Below, piece after piece: positions 54,513 to 64,000 of a stretch of 64,000 nucleotides of DNA (positions are counted from its first letter, which is position 1; every line of letters begins with the position of its first letter). The DNA is from Cyanophora paradoxa CCMP329 (taxonomy: Eukaryota; Plantae; Glaucophyta). A model generated the notes under the pieces. It worked only from the letters and a program-made list of their open reading frames with translations, had not been told where the DNA came from and ran no database searches. The translations under genes and the position numbers were made by a program. The stretch is taken from positions 62,001 to 126,000 of the forward strand of contig QPMI01000564.1 of NCBI GenBank assembly GCA_004431415.1, read 5' to 3'.

Positions 54513-56655
54513 TCACACTGATGCTACCTCAAAAATCTCGAGCTGCGGGGTGCGCTCGTAGGAGAAGCGGCGGGGCAGCCCCCCCACGTCGAAGCGCCGG
54601 CCCATGAGGCGGGCGCCGGCCCCGGCGCCGTGCTCCGCTGGCCCGCCCCGACTGGGCGGACTCCAGGGGCCGGGTCCGAGGCGCCATGGGACGCCGTCTG
54701 GGGCCGCCCCCCGCGTGAGCGCGACGCCAACGGCAGCGGCGGCGGCCTCGGGCCCGCGCACCCTCAGCCAGCTCGAAGCAGCTCCGGAAGAAGTCGTAGG
54801 CGGGCGACGCGGGGCTCAGCGTATCGACGCTGAAGTTCACCCGGCGCTCCTGCGCGGCGCGGCGCGGCGGGCCCTCGGCGGCGGCGGGGCGGGCGGAGCA
54901 GGAGGGGGCTGGAGGGGCCCGGGCCGCGGCGCCGGCTCACCAGGGCGACGAGGGCGGTGGTCCCGCGGGGGCACCAGGCCAGCAGCTTCCTGTGCCGGCG
55001 CGGGCGGCGGCTCAGGGCGGATCCCGGAGGGCGGCCCTCCCATAGAAGGCAAGCAACTAAAGCTTAAGCTCGAGATCGGCCTCGGGGTCCCACCGCCCTC
55101 CTGCCCAACCCTGGCCGGGGGCGCGCCTCAGCATGCGGAAGAAGTCGTCCGTGAGCTCGTCGTCGTACACCACTGCGGGCGATATCGGCTTCAGCACCGG
55201 AACTCAAGAGGAGGCGGGGGGGGGGGGGGGGAAGGGGGGGAGAACGGGGGGTAGCGGTGCCACATGTTGGCGCGAGCGGGCGACCTCAGGGAAGGGGACG
55301 GGAAAGGGGGCGAGCGGGAGGGGGGGGGGGGAAGGGGTAGCGAGGGGGGGGAGAAGGGGGGGAGGGGGGGGGGGGTTGGTGGGGGGGAAGAAGAGGAGGA
55401 TGGGGGAGGGAGGGGGAAGGGGGAAGGGGAAGGGATGGAGACATCTCGGGGGAAGGGGGAAAGGGTTCTCAGGAAGAGGACGGGGGCGGGGGGCGGGGGC
55501 CGGGGGGGTGGAGGCGAGAGGCCCCACCGTCCGCGGCGAGGAGGGCGGGGCGCCCGCCCCGAAGGGCCTCCAGGTCCTCCTCGGTCCAGCCGAGCCGGCC
55601 CTGCGCACGCGCGGATGATGAGGCGGGGGGGCGGGGCAGGCGGGGCCGCGGGGAGGGGGGCGGCGTGCGCGTGAGTGCGCGTACCCCGCCGAGGGGGGGC
55701 GGCCAGTCCCGCGACCAGTCGAGCACGCGCGCCGCGGCCGCGGAGGGCCCGTGCCTGTACCCCGCCGCGTTCCGGGCCGCGTTCCGCTCTGCCAGCTCGA
55801 CGATCCCCTCCTTGTAGTCTGCTCTGCGGAGTCAGAGCGCGGCTCTGCGCGCGCGGGCCGCGGGTGGGCACCGGTGAGGAAGACGCGGCGCGCCACTCGA
55901 GCCGCGGCGATGCCGGAGAGACCCGGGCCGCTGCCCAACTCCAGCGCCGCCCGCCCCGCCAGCCACTCGGCCTGCAGCCGCGCGCGGTCAGGCGGCGCTG
56001 GGGCGAGGGCGCGCCGCGAGGGATCAGGGGGCGCCGCGCCGCACGTTTGCGAGAACAAAGTCAGCGAGGAGCAGAGAGGCCATCCAAACCTGCGCCCCGA
56101 CCATCGAGAGCGGCGTCGCGAGCCGGTGCTGCGCGAGCGACGGGGTGGGCCCGGGGCGGCGGGGGCAGGTGAGGCGAGGCGAGGTGAGGTTCGAGACATG
56201 CGCCCACCTCGATCTCAATCTTGTTCCGCCGCTTCGACGATGCAGCTGCAACTGCTTCCCGACCGCCGCTCACCCGCGCCGCGGGCGGCTCGAGCTCGGC
56301 CCCTCCGCCAGCGCCGGGGCTGCACGCCAGATCGCTTTCTTCGTCTGCGCATGATCACGCAGAGCGGCTGCACGCGCGCACGGCGCCAAGCACACCTACG
56401 AAGTGGAAAGCGGTCACGTGGACCGCGCCGCCGTCGCCGCGGACGTCCACGTGCACATCGCTCAGAACTGGGGCCTGCCGCGCGGTCAGCGATGCCGATC
56501 GAGGCTGCTCGGAAGCGGTCGCGGGGACAAACTTCGAACGCGTCGTCCAGCTCCTCCGCGCGGTGTCGCGTGCATGGACGCGTTCTATGCGCGTTGTGCG
56601 GTCGCCTCGGAACTTCAACATCCCCGTCGGCGTCGACATCGGGTCTTCCGCTCAT
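54513..56655 (-). CDS. METTL22: Host METTL22-like (methyltransferase family 16) gene, multi-exon
   Basis: DADGDVEVPRR, VLSDVHV, HRLATPLSMVGAQVWMASLLLADF, ALELGSGPGLSG, VVYDDELTDDFF, NFSVDTL..AYDFFRSC, YERTPQLEIFEV spread across frames. Confidence 0.8.
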
Positions 56656-57152
56656 TTTCGGGGGGTACCAGTAGTGGCTCCGAGGCTCCCCGCCCCGCCG
56701 AAGCACGGGCGATCGTCAGCCACCACGTCTGCGTATCGGCTCGTCGCCTCTTTGCAGTGCGAAATCTAGACGGTGCGCCCGCGCGCTGTGGGCTGCCGTG
56801 CGGGTCTCATTAGGCACCGTCGCCGGCGGCCCGCGGCTCGCTGACTTTCGACCATCACCCTCGAAGCGCAGAGCGTGCCTTGGAGTGCATTCGCGGCGCC
56901 GACGCGAGCGTCGGTGCGCGCCGAAGCGCGGATCCCGGAGTTGCACCTTCGACGACCTAGGCCTCGCCGCCGCGCCGTGCGGCTTAACGTCAACGCGGTT
57001 TTACACTTTGGTATGTATACTTTGACATTCCCGCGCTCCTAGCGCATACTCACCCTAGATTGCGTACGCGTGTATGCAAATGCGCGTGCGCAGTGCCGTC
57101 GACCGCGGCCGCGGCCGCGGCGCCCACTTCCCGCGGCCGAAGAGCAGTTGCA

Positions 57153-60100
57153 ATGAGTTCGGTCGGATCGTCGCGGCCCCTTCGGGCGTCCGCGCGAGGA
57201 GCGATCGCCGCGGCACCGGCCGCGGCGGATCAAGGCGGTCGAGGCGCCGGCGGCGCCGCCAGGGCCGCCGCGCAGCTGCAGCGGGAGGAGGACGTCAAGG
57301 CAGAGCTGAAGGCATTCAACGGAAAGCATTTCATCGAGCGCCTGCCAACGTGGCTCGCGGGCGGCTCGGACCCGGCGGAGCGGCGGGCGGCGGCGTCCTA
57401 TCTGAAGGACCACGTCGCAGATGCGCGGTCCGAGCGTTTCCGGCAGCTCGAGCGGGCCGGTCTCCTCGGCGAATGCTTTGGGTGGCTCCTCCTCGCCGCC
57501 GAGCTCTCGGCGCGACAGGAGAAGTCGGCTGGCTCCGAAGCCGCCAGCCGCAGCTGCAGCCTCCACCCGTCCGATCCATTCTACTCGTCGGTGCACTGAC
57601 TGAGCGAGCCTTCGAATTCACGGCCGCCGGCGCCTCTCACTGTCTTTTTCTCGGCCAGGCTTTCACCGTTATGGGCCGCATCGCGCACGCTGCTTGGGAC
57701 TCGGGCGACTGCCGAGTGGTCTCCGACTACGTGCGAACCTGCTTTACTCTTTGCATCACCTCGCCAGATTCGAATTCGATTCCGTTTCAACTTTGCCGCC
57801 AGGCCAAGCGGGTCGCCAATCTTCTCAACGGATTACTGGACGCTGCTGCGCCTCGGCCGTACACCGAGAGCACGGCAGAGGCGAGCGCTAGCGAGCGATC
57901 TCTGATATACATTCCTGGCTGTGATCGCGGGCGGCTCGCAGACCTTCGCGGCGGGATTCGAGCTGACCTCGGAGCTCTTTGCTACTGGCGCCGTTGACGA
58001 GCCGACTTTCTCGAAGATCATTGGCACACCCCTCATCCACTGCCTCGCCCAGTCGCTGCACCTCGAGTAGGCTCTCGCTGCTTCGGATCCCAGAAGAGCC
58101 ACGCCGCGCTCCGCGCTAGCGCTGGGCCCTGACCGTGAGCTCCTGCGTGCAGGAGCCTGCCGGAGACGCCGTGGGTGCGCAAGATCCGCGAGTGGGCGCT
58201 GTGGGCCCTGGCAAACATGACCGACTCGGAGCAGCGCGCCAGGGTCCGTGCCCTCCGATCCCCCGTGCCCGCGGCCTTGCCATGTCCGCCGTTGCAACTG
58301 CGCATGCCGCGGCCGACGCAACGCACATCGACGTCGGAGTGGCTGACTCCGCTGGCGCAGGCGGTGCTGAAGATGCGGGGGGAACTGGCGCGGGAGGCGG
58401 CGGCCGCCCTGCACGACGCCGAGGGCGACGGGCCCCTCCTCAGGCCGGACGAGGCGTGGCCCGCCTTCATGTGAGCGCGCGCGCGCTCGAGCCCCCTTAC
58501 GCTTCGCCGGTGCACGCTCGAGCAAACCTGCAGCTGACAGTTGCGATCTCTCAGGAAAGCGAACGGGCACTCCAAGGACGTGATCGAGCGGGCGCGTCGC
58601 TTCCCGCTCGGGGCCCTCGGCGTGCATGCATATGGCGCCCTGCCGACGGTCGCGGTCGGCCGCAGGAAAGCGCCCAGCGGGACGTGCGCGCCAAGCGGCG
58701 CGCCCTGCGGGCCGCCGAGCTCCGCGCGGCCGCGTTCCTGGCCTCCAATCTCGCCGACGTCCCGGTGCGGGCTTGTGCTTTCGACTCCTCACGTTTTATC
58801 GTTAGCGTCATATCAATCTCGTATTGAATTCCCTCGCTTTATTATCTGCATTCACTTAGTTACTCCGTTGCGCGCTTATCGCTGATGGCTTCGCCCGTTG
58901 ACACTGTACTTCGACAGGAGGTGGCACGCGCCGCGGTCGAAGTGCTCGTCCCGCAGGCCAAAGGCCTCTTATTCATGTATGAGCACCTCAAGCAGGCGCG
59001 TTCTGAAAACTGAACTAGTACTCTCGGTTCCTGACGTTAAATTTATTTGCGCCGACCTGGCCGCATGTCTGTGCACAGGTCAAAGGGCCCGAGAAGTTCC
59101 AGAAAGACAAGTCGGGAATGAACCCCGTCGCGGAGTCCACCGCAGCTTCGGTCCGCCCTAAATCTAAATTTAGAGCCCAGACCGGTGGCTCGCCTTCGAG
59201 GCCTCAGCGCTGACGGCGACGGCCGCGGCCGCGGGCAGGCGCTGCGGGTCCTGGCGAGCGTGGCCCGCCTGGATCCGAGGCCGCCCGAGGCGGACCGCTC
59301 CGCCCTGAAACTCGCTGTGCGGACCCCCCGGCTCTCCCCCCCGCGCGCACTCCCTCGCCTTCGCGCGCTGAGACGTCGGCGTCGGCCGCGCCGCGCCGGG
59401 CAGGTCACAGTCTTCGCGACGGAGCGCGTGGCGGACGCGAAGGGCGCCGAGCTGCTCGCCGCGTCGCTCGCCCTCCTCCGCGCCTACGACGGCCGCGTGG
59501 GCCTCGGCGAGGAGCAGGCGCGCCTGCCCGCTCTTCGATCCCGACGCCGTTCTTCGATCCCGACGCCGGCCTGGCGCCGGCCTCGTGCTGATCGCGCCGA
59601 GCGCGCGCGCGCGCGCGTGCGCAGGCCCGCCGCGTCTTCCTCAGTCTAAGGCCGCACCTGCCCCGCGACCTCAAGGTCATCCGGGGCGAGGGGCGGCGGT
59701 CGCGCTCGGGGGCGCGGCGCGCGGAGCCCGGCGCCGAGCTCGTGCGCGCCGCCGAGGCGCTTCGGTAATGGCACCAGGAGCTGCCGCGGCTTCTGTAGTG
59801 CCGGCGGCTCATGACCACGTCCGGCGGGACACGCCCGCGCGCAGGCACGCGGCGGAGCTCGTGGTCGCCGGCTCAGGCGGTGCCGCCCTCGACCGGTGCG
59901 CGCACGCGCCCCCTTCCCTCGCCTGATCAAGAGTCTGCCCCGCGCGCCGTCAAGCCCCCGAACCCCCGGCCCCGCAGCGTGCTCAGGCTGGAGGAGGTCA
60001 ACCTGGGCCCCGCCCTCGACGCGATGATCTCGGAGCTCGCGGGAGACCACCCCCTCGCCGAGGGTAGGCCACGCCTGGGCCCGCGCCTGCAGCGGCCCCG

Positions 60101-62549
60101 GCCCGCGCGTTCTGACCGTCCATCGCTGCAGCCGCGCGGGCCGTGGCGGCGCTGAAGGCCCAGCCGGTCGTTCCCGATCGCGAGGGCTCGGAGGCTACGC
60201 CCGGAGGCGCGCCCGTGAAGCAGGAGGGGCGGGCCGGCGCGGCGCTGCCGCCGCCGCCGCCCAAGTACGTGGACCTGGAGGCCATGGACGCGGACGACTC
60301 GGACGGGCGCGAGTTCGTCGACCTCTCTGAAGCCGAAGCCGACCCCCAGCCGCAGGCGGCGCCGGCGCCGTCGCCTGCGCCCGCGCCGTCGCCCGCAGCT
60401 GCCGGCGCCACGGCCACGCAGCAGAGCTCGGCAGCGACGGCGCCCGCTGCTAGCGCTGCGCGAACCGCCCTCCCCACTGCTTCGTCCGCCGCACCAGCGG
60501 CCGCTCGAAGCGAGGGGCGCTCCGCGTCCGCGGCGAGTCCGTCCGTTGCGGCCCCGCCTCCCATCCCGTCCTCCGCACCCGCCGGCCTCGGTCTCGACGC
60601 GGGGGCCGTTCGCGTCGTTGCCTTCTCGTCCATTCCGATCGCTCCGGCCGCGGCTGCTACTGCTGCGGCGCCGGCGACGACGGCGGCTGTGGCTGCTGCA
60701 GCAGGCGCGGCGACCCGCCTCGGCGTCGCGTCTAGGGCAGCCCCGGCGATCCCCCTCGCACCACTGACCTCTGCCAAGCGTGCCGGCGATCGCGACGCGG
60801 ACCCCGCCCACGCTGCAAAGAAGGCAAGCCGCGGGAGCGCTTGCGATCGTCCGTGCCGGCGCGCCTCGCTGACTCCGCGCAGGCGCACGTGGCTGCGGCC
60901 AGCGGCGCAGCAGCCGCTCCGCCCGGCGCTCGAAGCGGTCCGTCCACGCCCGCGTCAGATACTCCTGGCCCGCTCGTCGCTCCGCCAGCCGGCCCCACCG
61001 CGGCCACGGCCGCCGCCAGTCGCGCTCCTCCCGCGGCCGTCGCCGCGGCTCCACGGGCTCCGCCACCGGTACCGGCCGCGGCCGTTCCGCCGGCGGTGCC
61101 GCTCGCGCCTCGTCCGCCCGTTGCAGCTGCTCCCGCTCCCGCTGCAGCCCGAGCCGCTCTCTCCACTGCTTCGTCCGCCGCACCAGCGGCCGCTCGACGT
61201 GATCGCGATCGCCAGGGCCGGTTCACGTCCGCGTCGGCTCCTTCCGATGCAGCCCCGCCCTCCGCCTTGCCGCCCGCACCTGTTGTCGGCGCCGGTCCGC
61301 CCGCTGCTTCTCAGCAGGCGCCCCCTCGGCCCGCCTTCCCCGCAGCCCTCCGCAGCCCCGGCACGGGCATCTTCGCCGTCCCCGCTGCTGCACCCCCCGC
61401 CGCCCCGTCGGCAGCGCCTGCAGCGCCGCTCGCGCCTCCTAGGCCTCCGCCCTTCGAGACCGCAGCTTCTCCCCCCAGCGGCGCCGACGTCGCGCGCCAC
61501 CCATCGTTCTCGATTTCGACATCAGCCGCCCCGCGCCCGCTCGCCGCTCCGTCCTCCCACCTCCCCTCCGCCTCCATCCCATCCGCCTCCGGCCCCGCTC
61601 CGGATCCGCGGCCACTTTTCACATTCGCGCCGTACCCGGCCGCCGCTTCAGCCCCCGCCCCACCGGTAGCCGCCCCCGGCGCCATTTCTCGCGTCCCTTT
61701 AAGCTCGCCCTCGCCGTCTGCTTCCCCGCCGGCCTCCGCGCCCGCCCCGCCCGCCGCCTCCCCCGTCGGCTTTCCGCCAAAGGTCGCCGCGGCCGCGGCC
61801 GAGTCGCCGGCGCCAGCGAAGGAACAGACCGCCGCGGCCGGGCTCGAGGCGCTCGGGATGGAGGTCGAGACGGACGCCGCGCGCCGCCCGTCCCCCCGCG
61901 AGGTCTCCCATCCCCGCCCGCCCCGCCGGCCACGCGTCGACGTCGGCGCCCCCGGCCCGGCCCGGCCCGGCCCGACCGCCCGCGCCGCCCCGCCGCAGCT
62001 CATGAACTGGACGGTCGCGCACGTGACCAGGCACCTCTTCGACTTCTGCCGCGCCCTCTTCGAGCCGCCCCTCCGGTGCCCCGCCCCCCGCGCCCCGCGC
62101 GGCGCGCCAGGCCGTTGACGCCGGACAGGGCGGACCTGGCGCGGCTGCGGGACCTGGGGCTCGACGGCTTCGAGCTGGTGCAGCTCGCGGAGGAGTCGTG
62201 CGCCGGCCGCCGCGCCGGCATGCGCGAGCACCTCGCCGCCAAAGGCTTCTCGGAGGTTCCCGGCCCGCCCGCCCGCCCGCCCGAAGCGACTCTGGCGACA
62301 TCGACTGAGGCTTTCGCCCGCGCTTGTTGGTTCGCCCGCAGGAGGCGGCGCGGCGCGTGGGATACGTCGCCTCGCGCCTGGTGCACGCCTTCGCGGCTGC
62401 GCCCGAGAACCAGGCGCAGCTGCCGGCCGTCGCCCCCTGGTACGGCCCCGCATTCCGCGCCCTCAACGGGATCCGATGATCGCCGAGGGCCCCGTCTGCC
62501 CTCGCGCACGTGTCGCATGTCCCTTCCGTTTGCAATTGCGTGTCCATAA
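57153..62549 (+). CDS. Probable multi-exon host gene: helical N-terminus, Ala/Pro low-complexity middle, possible SAM-like C-terminus (exons unresolved)
   Basis: Coding-like segments in changing frames; NWTVAHV..LRDLGLDGFELVQL. Confidence 0.4.
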
Positions 62550-62952
62550 AACGATTTTTTTATTACTGATCATGAGTTCAACGGCATCGCGTATCGAAGC
62601 TAATTGAAAAGGCCTTCCTTCCTCGCGAACCCTTTTAAACCATCCCCCCTCCCCCCCCCCCCCCCCCCCCCCGCGCCCCGGCCCTCCATGACTCCCCCTT
62701 CGCGCCCCTCCCTCCCCCTCCCTTCCCTCCCCACCCCGCTTCCCCCCCCCCCCCCCCACCCCCTCACTCCCCTCACCCCCACCCCACCCCCACCCACCCC
62801 CACCCACCCCACCCCACCACCCCACCCACCCACCCCCACCCCTCTCGAGCTCCGGTCGCTTGTGCTCATGCGCATGGTGGAGGGAGCTGGGCAATAGCTA
62901 AATATAGGCATACGTCCAATCTATAAGAGGTCGGGGAGAGCTCAAGGAGAAG

Positions 62953-64000
62953 TCAGCGTCGGAGGTAGCTCTTGTTACCGTTTGAGTTGATGTAGTATTG
63001 GCCGCCCCGAGGCCCCGTGTAGATCGTCCGGCCGCCCCCTGCAGACGAGCGCCCGCCGCCCGACGAGCGCCCCGGCCCCGGGCTGTAGGAGCACATGTCC
63101 CAGCCACCGCCGCCGCCGCCTCCGCCGCCGTAGTGCAGCATTGGCCGCTGCGCAGCCGCGTGAGCCGCCTCCATCACCTGGAAAAGGTTCATAATCAGAG
63201 ACGTCGACATGTATACAGCTGCAGCTCATCTGGCTATTTTGGGATCGGATCATTGACTGTTAAGATTTAGATTCAGAGCTGTTTGTTGTCTTCAGTGTCT
63301 CGTGATCATCGATGGTTTGATTTATAATTACAAATGTGCTTTGTCTCCAGCATATATATAGGAAGCACGTGCACGAACCTGGCGTTCCAAGGACTGGAGA
63401 CGCTTCTGTCCCTCGCTCGCCATCTTTTCGAGGTCCTCCGTCAGGCGCCGGTTGTCCAGCTGCGTGGAGGCAAAGCATTTAAATTTAAGCTGTAATTGCA
63501 TGAACAGCAGCGGAATTTTTCGCGCCTTCATCTGGTCCAAGCCCTGCGTCATTTTCTCCATCGCGCTGGCGTGCGCCGCGCGGCGGGCGGCCTCCTCCCG
63601 CTCGCGGCCCCACGCGCGCAGCGCCGCCTCGACCTCGGCAGCCAGCTCCCGCTCCAGGCCCTCCCGCGCGGCCGGCAGGCCCGGCACGTCCCCGCGAGCC
63701 CCGCCTGCTGGAACGCCTCGCGCGCCTTCCCCAGCGCCGCGTCGACGCGGGCCTGCGCCGCCTCCCGACTTGCGCTCTCCGCCCAGTTCTCGGCGCCGAG
63801 GGCGCTCTGGGCGGCGCGAATAGCGCGGTGGACGGCGCCCTGGAGGGCGGAGGCCGCCGCGGTGGCGTTGCGGCTGCGGGCATCCGCCTCGACGGCGTCC
63901 GCGAGGGGCCGAACTCGCGCGGGGGCTCGCGCCCCCGGCCGCCTGCCGCGCGGCCGCGAGCGCCTCGCCCAGGGCCGAGGCGCCCATCGGGAGCGGCAGC
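62953..64000 (-). CDS. 3' part of a host multi-exon coiled-coil gene ending in a PBCV basic-adaptor-like motif
   Basis: Last exon GRTIYTGPRGGQYYINSNGNKSY; upstream coiled-coil segments separated by short AT-richer introns. Confidence 0.55.

Noticed and set aside
50576-64000. Numerous long overlapping Arg/Pro/Ala/Gly-rich ORFs
   Set aside because: Expected from stop-codon scarcity in very GC-rich DNA; only segments with recognisable motifs were kept.
1-64000. tRNA or rRNA genes
   Set aside because: None recognised by eye; tRNAscan/Infernal not run.

Overview
Eukaryotic genomic window. A very GC-rich host region with short-intron genes lies at ~54.5-64 kb. It is joined to a ~53.5-kb, lower-GC island made of three related, nested or abutting endogenous Polinton-like virus (PLV)-type elements. 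Element A (<1-12353) carries a D5-type primase-helicase, a frameshifted pPolB, an rve integrase and arrays of G-rich origin-like inverted repeats. Element B (12354-~33.9 kb) carries an rve integrase, a pPolB/SF1-helicase/HNH fusion, an A32 packaging ATPase, a double-jelly-roll major capsid protein, two penton-like genes, a patatin-discoidin gene and four fibre/adhesin genes. Element C (~35.3-53.5 kb) carries a giant fibre gene with an S74 chaperone, an internally deleted patatin, an rve integrase, an AdoMet decarboxylase and a second type of origin-like repeat. The most striking unexplained structure is that A and C end in the same 33-bp terminus (CGAGGGATAA-N9-TTTYTMTATGTGTG). In each element it is the outer arm of a perfect 28-30-bp fold-back whose variable part co-varies between arms, and it truncates the gene it abuts (B's integrase; a LINE endonuclease). 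The viral genes are themselves hit by an RT/RNase H LINE (15-bp TSD) and by two Helitron2/Helentron-like non-autonomous insertions. All family assignments come from motif recognition by eye; no searches were run.
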